Positions 20,546 to 30,649 of a stretch of DNA of 64,000 nt are shown piece after piece. The DNA is taken from NCBI GenBank assembly GCA_965205015.1, contig OZ242029.1, positions 5,056,001 to 5,120,000 on the forward strand, given 5' to 3'. The notes below the pieces were generated by a model that worked only from the letters and a program-made list of their open reading frames with translations, was not told the origin of the DNA and searched no databases. Within the stretch, counting starts at the first letter, position 1. The number at the start of each line of letters is the position of its first letter. Made by a program: the position numbers and the translations under genes. The stretch is from Candidatus Poribacteria bacterium (lineage in GTDB: Bacteria > Poribacteria > WGA-4E > WGA-3G).

Positions 20546-21388
20546 ATGAAAAGGCCAATCTGTTTTCTCTTATTCACGCTAACGATCGCTATACTTTCCC
20601 ACAATGGGTATACAGGAACCGTAGTGACAGATGGACTCGTGAGTTATTGGACGTTTGATCGGCAGGACATCGCCGGTGGCACAGTCAAAGATGTCTGGGG
20701 CGAGAATGACGGCACGATCGTCGGTGCCCCGAAAATCGTCGGCGGACAGGTCGGAGAGGCACTTGAATTTGATGGAAACGATGATTATGTCAACTTAACA
20801 AACCTCGGCAATTTTGGCGAGCAGGTCGGGGCATCTACCTTTGAAGCCTGGGTTAAAACCGATTTCAAAAAAGATTGGACAACCCTCTTCAAAGTGCTTG
20901 ATCAGGGATGCAATATGGCGTGGGCAATCGATGTCAATCGGAGTGCGAAAGCGGGTTTCCCGCTTGCTGAGGACATTGTCCACTACTACGTTCGCCAGAA
21001 ATCACCTGCGGGGTGCAACGCCATCGCCGTTGAAATTGAGTTCGCCTTGTCGGATGGCAAATGGCACCACATCGTTTTCGCAATTGTGGACGCCGGCAAG
21101 TCCGAGGTCGGTATCTATATGGACGGTGAGCCGCAGGAAGTTATCGAAGGGGCTGTGAAAGATCTCGACACCTTTATTCCGTTTGTGGAACCGGTCTATA
21201 TCGGCGCAGCAAACAATCGCGGCAAGGTTGAGAGGCATTTCTCCGGGATCATCGATGAAGTCCGCATTTACGATCGACCCCTTACCGCAGCCGAAGTGAC
21301 TCGGAATTTTGAGTCGAAAATCGGGTTATCCGTTCAAGCAGCTGAGAAACTGCCCCTTGTCTGGGCGACGCTCAAAACAGCAAGGTAA
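20546..21388 (+). CDS. Secreted LamG/concanavalin-like domain protein
   Basis: Signal peptide; GLVSYWTFD, ALEFDG, DGKWHHI, FSGIIDEVRIYDRPLT; tail KLPLVWATLK. Confidence 0.9.
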   Translation: MKRPICFLLFTLTIAILSHNGYTGTVVTDGLVSYWTFDRQDIAGGTVKDVWGENDGTIVGAPKIVGGQVGEALEFDGNDDYVNLTNLGNFGEQVGASTFEAWVKTDFKKDWTTLFKVLDQGCNMAWAIDVNRSAKAGFPLAEDIVHYYVRQKSPAGCNAIAVEIEFALSDGKWHHIVFAIVDAGKSEVGIYMDGEPQEVIEGAVKDLDTFIPFVEPVYIGAANNRGKVERHFSGIIDEVRIYDRPLTAAEVTRNFESKIGLSVQAAEKLPLVWATLKTAR

Positions 21389-21392
21389 CACT

Positions 21393-22178
21393 ATGCTAAC
21401 ATCTCACGAAAAATGGTTCTTTGATCACCACGGATTCATTATCCTCCGCAAAGTCGTTCCGTCTGAGGATATCGAGCGAATGATTGAACTTGGCAACCAG
21501 TGGCATGACATGACGCTTGATGAGCTACCGCCACCGCTCACCTCTACATCTCGGACGGGCAAACGTTCACCGACGATTGCCCATTGGATTAATCATATCC
21601 AATACGGCGACCCTGTTTTCCAACGGCTTGTGCTGAATCGAGAGATTCTGCGCGTGATTGTTGCCCTCACGCGAGGGGCTCCGTGCCTTGTTGATTGCGC
21701 CTTGACCAAGAATTACAAAACCTCCGATGACATCCATTTCCACGCCGCCGGTCAAGATTACAGTGTAGAGAAATCAGGACCCCGAGCAGGCTTTCTCAAC
21801 ACGGCTATCTCACTGGTGGATGTGCCACCGGGGACGGGATTTGTCTGTCTACCGGGAAGCCATAAGCGCAACTTTGAGCCACCCGATAACCTCTCCATCT
21901 ACGACGGACCGCCTACGGTTGTCAATGTCCCCGTCAATGCTGGCGATTGTGTCGTCTTTACAGAAGCACTCTATCACGGTGGAAGACGCTGGACAGAATC
22001 CTATCCGCGCTTCACTATTTTTAACCGCTATATTGATAACGCATCACACAATTCCCTTCCCATTGAAAGCCATAAACACCTGATTCCCGATGAGGTCTAT
22101 GAATTAGAACAACCCGCGGTTCAGGGACAACGAAAACGGGTTGTAGAACGCATCTTGAGTGAATTGGACGCACGCTGA
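21393..22178 (+). CDS. Phytanoyl-CoA dioxygenase (PhyH) family protein
   Basis: FFDHHGFIILRKV, CLPGSHK, AGDCVVFTEALYHG; start moved to ATG 21393. Confidence 0.88.
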   Translation: MLTSHEKWFFDHHGFIILRKVVPSEDIERMIELGNQWHDMTLDELPPPLTSTSRTGKRSPTIAHWINHIQYGDPVFQRLVLNREILRVIVALTRGAPCLVDCALTKNYKTSDDIHFHAAGQDYSVEKSGPRAGFLNTAISLVDVPPGTGFVCLPGSHKRNFEPPDNLSIYDGPPTVVNVPVNAGDCVVFTEALYHGGRRWTESYPRFTIFNRYIDNASHNSLPIESHKHLIPDEVYELEQPAVQGQRKRVVERILSELDAR

Positions 22179-22187
22179 GGTGTTGCG

Positions 22188-24326
22188 ATGCAAACACACC
22201 TGCCTACTGAACATGAACCATATCCAATCGGTGAACCCGGACAAATGGCGATGTATCGCCATGAAAGTGAGCACTCGCTACCGAACACCGTTGTAAAGAC
22301 GCTGACTGTAGCGATCGGTGCGATTGCGGAAAATGCGGGTGTGCTGTCCCAATGGATCTGTCTCCGTGCAACGAAAGCATCCGGTGAAAAATTCGCAGTC
22401 TGGTTGCTCGGCGAAAACGTACCGTCCGAGGATCTGAAGGGAGACCGCGCAACCACATCTCGCTATATCCTACAGATTGGGGACGACATTCCCTTGGAAT
22501 TTCGAGATAAGTTTACTGAGAAACCTGTTCTTCCCGGTCTCGGTGCGTGGCGATATCTTTTCCCGAAACCTGCGGACAAAGAAGCACCAAGTGCTCTCTT
22601 TCCACAAACGGTAAAATATCTCGGACATACCTATCGACTGACACACATATCCGACTCAGACGAATCTGTCGTACCACCGGACACACAACGCCTTTCCCTC
22701 CGTCCGGATGTCCTCATCGGACCGCCCAGCAACACGAGACAGAAAGACGAAACGCGTCGTTACGATATGTCTGATTATGAACTCATTCAACTCACTGAAA
22801 CCGATTACGTTGAAATGATTGGGGCGGGGATCAACTGTGTTCGTGTGGATACCGAACAGGTCGAATGGGTTAAAAATCGAGACGTTTTTTACTGGGGAAT
22901 CGACGCGGTGACACTCGGTTATCCTGAGTGTTTATACCGAAGCAACTACCTCGGTCCTGCCCTTTTCATGGACGAACCCGCTGTCTGCACGCGGGACCAT
23001 GTGCTTCGTCCTCAGCTGGAAGCGGATCCTGACTTTCGGAAAGCAGTGACACCGCAACTCGCGTTTGAGGCGTTTCAAGATTACTTCCATACCGCCAAAT
23101 ACGATGGCGCACCGACACGGCTATGCAAAGGCTTAGAAGCGCATCCGGATGTAGAGGTGGGAGATATGCAGTTTCTTCAGGAGAATCTATATACGTGGGA
23201 GACCATCATCAGTTCGGCGGCATATCAACTCTCAGAGGGAGACACGGAATCTCCTGCCGCAATAGTCTTTGAACCACCCGGTAGAGTCGGGACGATGCGA
23301 ACGCTACCCGAAATGAATATGACGTACGGTTGCCAGATCCCGATAGACACCCCGAAGCATCTGGCGAGTATCCTCTACGGGTTCCTGCGCGGTGCTGCCC
23401 GACAAACCGATAAAAGTTGGGGTATGAGTATCTACGGACAGGTCCACCGCGCCGACGCGTTCTGGCTACAGACATACGCTTACGATTTGGGTGCGCGGCA
23501 TTTCCATTACTGGGACAACTACCAACTCGCCTGTGTGCCTTACGGTGAAATCCTCGCACTTTCACGAAATTTAAGTGCTCACGCCGAAAGCCATCCGCAT
23601 AGAAATCTTGATGCGTTACGCAGAGCGGCAGAAACGGTTATCCTCCTACCGCCCGGCTACAACTTGGGACATGTTGAGATGGGCAGGGGAAATCTCTGGG
23701 GGTTAGGCGAACTCAATTTGGAACGGCGCAATAGAGAGGATGTCAAATACCGCACCGTAATGCACAACTTCTTCACCGAAATTGAGAGAGCGATTCGACT
23801 CGGTGTTGCGTTTGACCTTGTCTGGAATTTAGAAGGACTTGAGTTATCCGATTATCGCGAAGTCGTCCGAATTCGGGAGGACGGTAAGGTTGAGGTCCAT
23901 GAGGACAATGATATGGTTTTACACGACAGTGCGAGGATACCCACCCGTCCAACCGGCACGTCGCCGACCTTAGCTGTTGATGCTTCTATACTGCAAACCG
24001 ATGCCTCATTTGAAGTCCATGCCTGTGCCACTGTAACCAAAGGATCCGCCGCTGTTTACTACACGCGGGGCGCAGACAAAAACGGTATCTACAATAACGA
24101 GATGGTGCTTTGGGAATTGTTCGGTCCAGAGGAAGAGGATTACCGTTTCCTGAACAGAGATCACTCCGAAATTCGCATCGCTCAAACGGAAGCGGTAGCC
24201 GAGGTGGAGATTCGTTTTCCCCTTAAACGCCCTGGGAATTATCGGCTCCGAGTCGCAACCGTTGACATGGCAGGACGCACAGCAGTCGCATGGGACACTA
24301 TTACTATGCCTGATAAACACGTCTGA
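22188..24326 (+). CDS. Hypothetical protein (712 aa)
   Basis: Long ORF with SD GAGG, directly following the PhyH gene; no family recognised. Confidence 0.75.
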   Translation: MQTHLPTEHEPYPIGEPGQMAMYRHESEHSLPNTVVKTLTVAIGAIAENAGVLSQWICLRATKASGEKFAVWLLGENVPSEDLKGDRATTSRYILQIGDDIPLEFRDKFTEKPVLPGLGAWRYLFPKPADKEAPSALFPQTVKYLGHTYRLTHISDSDESVVPPDTQRLSLRPDVLIGPPSNTRQKDETRRYDMSDYELIQLTETDYVEMIGAGINCVRVDTEQVEWVKNRDVFYWGIDAVTLGYPECLYRSNYLGPALFMDEPAVCTRDHVLRPQLEADPDFRKAVTPQLAFEAFQDYFHTAKYDGAPTRLCKGLEAHPDVEVGDMQFLQENLYTWETIISSAAYQLSEGDTESPAAIVFEPPGRVGTMRTLPEMNMTYGCQIPIDTPKHLASILYGFLRGAARQTDKSWGMSIYGQVHRADAFWLQTYAYDLGARHFHYWDNYQLACVPYGEILALSRNLSAHAESHPHRNLDALRRAAETVILLPPGYNLGHVEMGRGNLWGLGELNLERRNREDVKYRTVMHNFFTEIERAIRLGVAFDLVWNLEGLELSDYREVVRIREDGKVEVHEDNDMVLHDSARIPTRPTGTSPTLAVDASILQTDASFEVHACATVTKGSAAVYYTRGADKNGIYNNEMVLWELFGPEEEDYRFLNRDHSEIRIAQTEAVAEVEIRFPLKRPGNYRLRVATVDMAGRTAVAWDTITMPDKHV

Positions 24327-24379
24327 CCTCACTTTTTCCTCATTTTGATTGTAAAATTTTCCATAAATCTTGTGTTTTA

Positions 24380-24415
24380 TGCAACCTTCCTCCCTGCAGC
24401 ACATCTCTTAATATT
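24380..24415 (+). promoter_or_regulatory. Candidate ECF-type promoter upstream of the sigma gene
   Basis: TGCAAC-N22-TTAATATT; same spacing as 27753-27788. Confidence 0.35.
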
Positions 24416-24446
24416 ATGAGAGACAACATGTTTTTGGAGGTGACGC

Positions 24447-25385
24447 ATGAAAAACAGTGACGTTGAATTGATTCAACGGACCTTGGCGGGCGATCAACGG
24501 GCTTTCAGCACCCTTGTGCGGAGATATCAAAAGTCGCTCCATGCCCTTGTATGGCGAAAAATCGGCGACTTCCACATCGCTGAAGAAATCGCACAAGATA
24601 TATTCCTTAACGTCTACAAAAAACTTCAGACGCTGAAGCATCCGAATCGGTTTGCCGGATGGCTTTATGTAATTGCCACTCGCCGATGCATCGCTTGGTT
24701 GAAGAAGAAACGGATTCCGATGGCGTCTTTGGATGCAATGCCGCCAGATGAATTGGAGGAATTGGCGTATGCCCAATATCACGCTGAACAGCAGGAGGAG
24801 GTCGTGAATGAGAAACACCGCGAGGTTGTCAAACGTCTCCTGCAAAAGCTGCCGGAGAGTGAACGCACTGTTGTAACGCTTCACTATCTCGGTGACATGA
24901 CATGCGAAGACATTAGTAAGTTTTTGGGGGTATCACCGAACACCGTCAAGAGTCGACTCCATCGCGCCCGTAAACGGTTGAAGAAGGCGGAACATATCGT
25001 TCGTGAAGTGTTAGGCGGTTTCCAATTGGCTACGACGTTAGCCGAAAATGTTCTACGAGAAATTGCGCATATCAAACCCGCAGCGCCAACGGAGAGTAAG
25101 CCGTGGCTGCCGTGGACAGTAGCCGTCTCGACTACCCTTTGCGTTATGCTGCTGATGGGAAGTGGCACGCAGTACTTAGCCCGATTCCAGCAGCCTTACA
25201 GTTTGGATGCCAGGTCAGAAATGACTGTGGAGCTCGTTGATACATCTCTTGTCCGTGTGTCAAAGCAGAAACCGAGTGTGAGAAATCAATTCGGAAATGC
25301 GGATACACGGGACAAACCAAGGACTTTACCGTCTTACCGCGGGGTCTTGGGCAAAGTTGCTCGTCTACGGTCCCCAATTTATTAA
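24447..25385 (+). CDS. ECF sigma-70 factor with C-terminal TM helix (5' part of a frameshifted fusion)
   Basis: Region 2 (AEEIAQDIFL...FAGWLYVIA), region 4 (ISKFLGVSPNTVKSRLHRAR), TM WLPWTVAVSTTLCVMLLMG. Confidence 0.9.
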   Translation: MKNSDVELIQRTLAGDQRAFSTLVRRYQKSLHALVWRKIGDFHIAEEIAQDIFLNVYKKLQTLKHPNRFAGWLYVIATRRCIAWLKKKRIPMASLDAMPPDELEELAYAQYHAEQQEEVVNEKHREVVKRLLQKLPESERTVVTLHYLGDMTCEDISKFLGVSPNTVKSRLHRARKRLKKAEHIVREVLGGFQLATTLAENVLREIAHIKPAAPTESKPWLPWTVAVSTTLCVMLLMGSGTQYLARFQQPYSLDARSEMTVELVDTSLVRVSKQKPSVRNQFGNADTRDKPRTLPSYRGVLGKVARLRSPIY

Positions 25386-26904
25386 TTCGTTAGTAGCCAT
25401 CGAAAATAGACTCTATGTTATAGCAGGTTTCGATTTTACACGGTCTGCAAACTTGTTTGAGGAATCCCATAAACTTGATCACTCGGTTGAGATATTAAAG
25501 TTTCCACCGAGAATTTTTCGTTCAGTCGACTTCGGCGATACTTGGGACGACCTTTCACCGATAGAGGGAAAAGGAACAGGGGGCAGATTATGGGTGGAAT
25601 TACCGCCAACTGATGACAATTTTCGGCTCCAGATGTTCAGTGGTATCCAGTTGGTTGCAATCGATGAAAGACTTACGGTGATGGGGACCGGTGTCCTGCT
25701 GCGTTCAAATGATAGTGGAGACACATGGACGCATGTAAAAGTGGGCAGAAATGCGTTGAGTCAGAGTATCTTTCCCGTTGTCGCTTTGGACGAAAATAAT
25801 TTTTACACATCCGATATTTCTGGGATAGCACGATCAAAGGATGCTGGTATCTCGTGGCACCCCTTTTCTGCCGGGATGATCAGCTCTCATGTTCAGAAGT
25901 TACTCATGTTTGAAAACGTTCTCTATGCACTCACGCCTGAAGGGATCCTCAAATCAATGGATCTCGGGGAATCTTGGACATCCGTTCGAGTAGATGCCGG
26001 TGACGGTGTTGTGAAAAAAGGAATACTTGAAAAAAAACAGACGGCTCCAGATTTACTGAGTCATGCCAAAATCGTAAAAGCCAACGGTTCGCTCTATGTC
26101 AGCAACAGTACAACCGATAAGGTCGAACTTTTTCATATTTCATCTGATAGAGATGTTCTAAAACCTGTCCGACGGATGCCAGTTTTCACCGAGGACACAC
26201 TGGAAGTTAAATGGCAGAAAAGGTTTAAAAACGCGCCTCGCGATGTGAGTGAGTTGAGTCGCCAACGGCGAGCAGATATGCCACGTATTATGGAAGAGCG
26301 TCTCACGAATGGTGGATTTACGATCGCTGACAATACTGTCTTCATGGAGTACCGACGGAAACTCTTCAAGTGGCACCGAAGTGAAAGACGGTGGTTTGAT
26401 ACAGGGCTTGTGGATCCCACCGAACGCGCCCACGGTGCTGATACATCAAAGGGGTTCACGCTCGCGGCATCCGACAACGTGGTCTATGCGGGTAAACGGG
26501 ATGGTTCGCTATTTCAGTCTCTTAACAGGGGTGATAGTTGGAAAGAGGTTACTGCGGACTTACCCTTCTCTTTTGCCTATTTCCAAGACATAGTCTTCGC
26601 TGGGACAACCGTTTATCTGATAACCGATCAAGGGGTTATGAATTCGCGCGATGGCATCAACTGGAACGCTCTCACGGATACCGAAGGAAATCGAATTCCT
26701 ATCTTTCGGATAGCAGTGGATGATAGTAGGATTTACGGTGTGTGCAACCAAGGTGTGTATCGGATAAATCCTAAGACGGATACGTGGATTCAAATTTCAC
26801 CCGAAGTTCCGGACGAGGCAACTGCTTTCGCTGTGGATCGTGGCATGCTCTACATCGGCACGCGGCACAGCGGTGTCCTCCGTTTACACCTGAATGAATT
26901 GTAG
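25297..26904 (+). CDS. BNR/Asp-box beta-propeller domain, probably the frameshifted C-terminus of the sigma factor
   Basis: Repeated S.D.G..W boxes (SVDFGDTW, SNDSGDTW, SKDAGISW, SMDLGESW, SRDGINW); overlaps the sigma ORF by 89 bp; no SD or signal peptide. Confidence 0.8.
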   Translation: MRIHGTNQGLYRLTAGSWAKLLVYGPQFINSLVAIENRLYVIAGFDFTRSANLFEESHKLDHSVEILKFPPRIFRSVDFGDTWDDLSPIEGKGTGGRLWVELPPTDDNFRLQMFSGIQLVAIDERLTVMGTGVLLRSNDSGDTWTHVKVGRNALSQSIFPVVALDENNFYTSDISGIARSKDAGISWHPFSAGMISSHVQKLLMFENVLYALTPEGILKSMDLGESWTSVRVDAGDGVVKKGILEKKQTAPDLLSHAKIVKANGSLYVSNSTTDKVELFHISSDRDVLKPVRRMPVFTEDTLEVKWQKRFKNAPRDVSELSRQRRADMPRIMEERLTNGGFTIADNTVFMEYRRKLFKWHRSERRWFDTGLVDPTERAHGADTSKGFTLAASDNVVYAGKRDGSLFQSLNRGDSWKEVTADLPFSFAYFQDIVFAGTTVYLITDQGVMNSRDGINWNALTDTEGNRIPIFRIAVDDSRIYGVCNQGVYRINPKTDTWIQISPEVPDEATAFAVDRGMLYIGTRHSGVLRLHLNEL

Positions 26905-26928
26905 AAATTAATTTTCAGGAGGTATCTC

Positions 26929-27699
26929 ATGCAATTCATCGGAAATATACGTTTGGCAGTTATAGGCATTGTTATGATGATGCCTTTTACGCTTTTTGCG
27001 GCGCCCCACGCACCCTCCCCCGCTGGAGGCGGTTGGCTTGAACTGAATCCAGAACTGCCACTCGTGCAAACCGAAGCACCGTGGTTTCCCGAATATCCAG
27101 GTCCGCTAACGATTGAAGCGTGGGTATACATAGACAAACCTCCCCGCGTTCAGGGTGTCATATCGCTGGAGGCTGGATCCCGTACTGCTTTCTCTATTGT
27201 GGGTCAAACAGACCGCTTTACCTGTGCCATTGTCGGTGATGGGTACAAAGCCAGTCCTGCTATCGCCACAAGGGGAGTCGTGGGTGGATCCGCAAAGATA
27301 TGAGGAATGCTACCTACCGGGCGGTGGGTCTACTATGTGGCAATAATTGACAGCGGCTCTACCGTTGGGTGCGGCGGTTCGATCTCTGGACTGGTACCGG
27401 GGAGTCATCTTGCATCTGCGAGCGAACCGCTCCTTATCGGAGGCGTTCCAGTTCTAAAGGGGAGTGGACTGAAAGTTGTTCCTGCTTCTGGGATGTATAT
27501 TGACGAGCTGCGAATTAGTTCTATTGTTCGTTACGGGCAAGGCAGATATACCGCGCCTCCGAAAGCATTTACCCCAGATGACGACACGTTGGGGTTATAC
27601 CATTTCGATGGAAAGTCAACCGAACGTTATGAAGATGCCTCACCACATCAGAGTCTCTTGATCCGCGTTAAGAAAGATACCCAACCCAGATCAAATTAG
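26929..27699 (+). pseudogene. LamG-like secreted protein interrupted by in-frame TGA at 27301-27303
   Basis: ORFs 26929-27303 and 27307-27699 share a frame; LTIEAWVY precedes the stop, and PTGRW, IDELRISSIVRY and TLGLYHFD follow it. Confidence 0.75.
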
Positions 27700-27752
27700 T
27701 AAATGCCTTGGGTTCAACATTCTCTATTAGCGGTATCCCTTTTTTCACATAA

Positions 27753-27788
27753 TGTAACGTTTTGCCTAAAAATTGTGTCTTTAATATT
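27753..27788 (+). promoter_or_regulatory. Candidate ECF-type promoter upstream of the lipoprotein pair
   Basis: TGTAAC-N22-TTAATATT. Confidence 0.35.
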
Positions 27789-27842
27789 GTAGTGCCATAA
27801 ATTCGACACGACATATTACACCTATCGTCGATTGGAGCAGCC

Positions 27843-28430
27843 ATGAAGCCACAGATTTTTTTCAGAGGGAATGCGCCGGTAAGCCTCATCGGGTTTCTTC
27901 TGCTCGTGACAGCAACGTCAATGGGATGTGGGGTTTTTGTCTATCGCGTCTTAGGACTCGATCCCGTTAGCCTCACGCAGGGGGATCTCCACAAGATGGG
28001 ATTAACGAAGAATAACCGCATTGATGCGCGAGGCAGATCGAGTTCCCGTATAAAGGGATCATCTGTTATTGCAGGATTCCAGGAAGGCGGGAGTGATGCT
28101 CTAACAATTCAATATTGGTTATTTGATACCTCGTCCACTGCCCAAAAAGCGGCGGCGGACCAGTGGACATGGACCTTTGCCGCCCCAGCAGATTTCCAGC
28201 CCGAGCTGAATCCCGATGACGTCATTGGGGATGCGACATGGCGCAACATCCACAGGACCCAGAGGGAATGGGAACACAATATGTGGGAAGACAATATGAC
28301 TGACATCTATTTCGTGAAATACAATCTCCTTGTCAGTGTCAGGGTAAGCGGACATGGACACTTAAAGTACGCCCGGGACGTTGCCCGACATATTGAATCG
28401 AAAATAGAGATAGTATTGGAGAAAAAATGA
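27843..28430 (+). CDS. Putative lipoprotein, unknown function
   Basis: Hydrophobic N-terminus ending in SMGC lipobox-like site; SD GGAG. Confidence 0.7.
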   Translation: MKPQIFFRGNAPVSLIGFLLLVTATSMGCGVFVYRVLGLDPVSLTQGDLHKMGLTKNNRIDARGRSSSRIKGSSVIAGFQEGGSDALTIQYWLFDTSSTAQKAAADQWTWTFAAPADFQPELNPDDVIGDATWRNIHRTQREWEHNMWEDNMTDIYFVKYNLLVSVRVSGHGHLKYARDVARHIESKIEIVLEKK

Positions 28431-28961
28431 AACCACAGATTTTCTCAATGGGGAATGCGCTGATAAGCCTCATCGGGTTTCTTCTGTTCATGACAACAGC
28501 ACTGATCGGGTGTGCGATTCTCTCTAATGCCTATCCCATCATGTCCCTGTCTCCCGTTCTCCTCACACAGGATGACCTCCCGACAATAAATACGACTAAT
28601 GAAAAGTGAGACGGAGCGCACCAGTGGACCCACAGAATTATCTCTTATCACAAAATGCAAGCAGCGGTGGGGTGAAGGCCAACTGACTGTTCGCTATTAT
28701 TTATTTAACTCTACGTCCGCTGCCCAGAAAGCAGCCTGGCCACTCTTTCCTGCCAAGGCGATCCATCGTCCCGAGCCAAATCCCAAGGAAGTTATAGGGG
28801 ATGCGACGTGACGCGTCAAAAGTGGCTACATCTATTTCGTGAAACACAATGTCTTGGTCCACATCATAATGGAAGGAGACTCGTCAAATCAACTACAGTT
28901 CGTCCGGGAGGTTGCCCGAAAGATTGAAACCAAAATTGAAGCGGTATTGCCAAAAAAATGA
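28427..28961 (+). pseudogene. Degraded tandem paralogue of the 27843-28430 lipoprotein
   Basis: Same MKPQIF start; frameshift near 28600; GDAT-TGA-R where the paralogue has GDATWR; continues IYFVKHNVLV...VARKIETKIEAVLPKK. Confidence 0.8.
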
Positions 28962-29311
28962 ACACAGAGTGCCCAAGAAACTTGGTGCGTTTGAAAAACA
29001 GTTCTATCCAAATACCCTCTATCACACCACACATCTTTTCCTTTAGGTCTCTGAATCCCACCCGCAAGCCCCTGAATCTATCTGCTTTTAGACTGGCTGC
29101 TGACGGCTATTTTGCTAACAACCATTCCTCAATTTAAAACCTTTCTCAAAAATACCAGAAGTGATATAATAATATATCGAAAGATATGCAGACACAAAAT
29201 CGTCTGGTGTGCTATCACAAGTGCAGTGCGACGAAGTGTTCTAACAGGCACACCCAGTTAAACATTCAGACTTTCTTCATCGTCTTAAAATTGTAGATAC
29301 ACATAAAATAC

Positions 29312-30649
29312 ATGAGGAGGAGCAGAAATTTGCACCACCGAAAACCGATCTTTTGTCGGCTATTTGTCTGCCTTTTTTTGGTTGCCATTCCTATGCATGC
29401 TATTGCTGGCGATTGGCCAACATGGCGGGGACCAAATCAGGACGGCACTTCTGTCGAAACCGGACTCATCACATCTTGGTCGACTGAAGGTGAAAACCTT
29501 CTCTGGAAGGCAGAATTTATAGGGCGTTCTACACCGATCGTTCTCAACGACAGCGTCTACGTCATCGGACGTGTCGGCAAAGACATCACCGAACAGGAAC
29601 GCATCGCCTGCTTCGATGCCGAGACCGGCGAACTGATCTGGAATTATCAATTCAACGTCTTCCATACCACGATCTCCTTCAACCGAGTCGGCTGGACGAG
29701 CCTCGCGGGTGATCCAGAAACAGGGAATATCTATGCGCACGGTGTCCAGGGCCTCTTTTTCTGTTTCGACAAAGAGGGTACTATCCTCTGGTCGCGTTCG
29801 CTTACAGAGGAGTATGGGCGGATATCCGGGTATGGCGGACGGGTTCACACCCCTATTATCGCAGGCGACCTTGTCGTGATTAGTTATCTCAATTCGGGAT
29901 GGGGCGACCAAGCCGCGACACGCCACCGTTACTTCGCGTTCAACAAACACACTGGTGAACTGATTTGGGTTTCAACTCCCGGGGGTAGACCCTTAGACAC
30001 GACCTATTCCACACCCGTCGTTGTCAATATCAACGGGCAGCCACTCATCATTGGCGGCAATGCGGATGGCGGTATCTATGCCATGAAACAGAGCACCGGG
30101 GAGATGGTCTGGGGATTTAAACTGAGTCAGAGGGGTATCAATACGTCCGTCATTGTTTCAGGCACGAAAGTCTATGCATCACATAGTGAAGAGAATATAG
30201 ATACCACCGCAATGGGACGCGTCGTCTGTATTGACGCGACAGGGACTGGCGATGTCACGCAAACCCATGAAGTCTGGCGATATGACGCCGTCAACGTCGG
30301 GTACGCGTCGCCTACAATTCACGCCGGACACCTCTATGTTATAGATAACTCCGCGAATATCCATGCTGTGAATGCTGAGACCGGTGAGGTCTACTGGGAA
30401 CACAACATCGGCAAAGTCGGGAAAGGGTCTCCTGTCTGGGCAGACGGTAAACTCTATGTCACGGAAGTCAACGGTGGATTTATTATCCTTCAACCGGACG
30501 AAAACGGGTGTGAGACGCTGAGTGCCCAAGAGATAAGTCGGGCTGAGGAAGATCACTACGTCGAAATCTACGGTTCACCCGCTATTGCGGATGGACGCAT
30601 CTATTTCACGACAGAAGAACACCTCTACTGTATCGGAGGGGCAAGATAA
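29312..30649 (+). CDS. Exported PQQ-like (BamB-type) beta-propeller protein
   Basis: Signal peptide then DWPTWRGP; repeated DAETGELIW-type motifs; GSPAIADGRIY. Confidence 0.88.
   Translation: MRRSRNLHHRKPIFCRLFVCLFLVAIPMHAIAGDWPTWRGPNQDGTSVETGLITSWSTEGENLLWKAEFIGRSTPIVLNDSVYVIGRVGKDITEQERIACFDAETGELIWNYQFNVFHTTISFNRVGWTSLAGDPETGNIYAHGVQGLFFCFDKEGTILWSRSLTEEYGRISGYGGRVHTPIIAGDLVVISYLNSGWGDQAATRHRYFAFNKHTGELIWVSTPGGRPLDTTYSTPVVVNINGQPLIIGGNADGGIYAMKQSTGEMVWGFKLSQRGINTSVIVSGTKVYASHSEENIDTTAMGRVVCIDATGTGDVTQTHEVWRYDAVNVGYASPTIHAGHLYVIDNSANIHAVNAETGEVYWEHNIGKVGKGSPVWADGKLYVTEVNGGFIILQPDENGCETLSAQEISRAEEDHYVEIYGSPAIADGRIYFTTEEHLYCIGGAR

Noticed and set aside
27301-28811. TGA recoding (alternative genetic code) suggested by two in-frame TGAs
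   Set aside because: Many intact genes here end in TGA (e.g. moxR, PhyH) and Trp is encoded by TGG; the second case also has a frameshift
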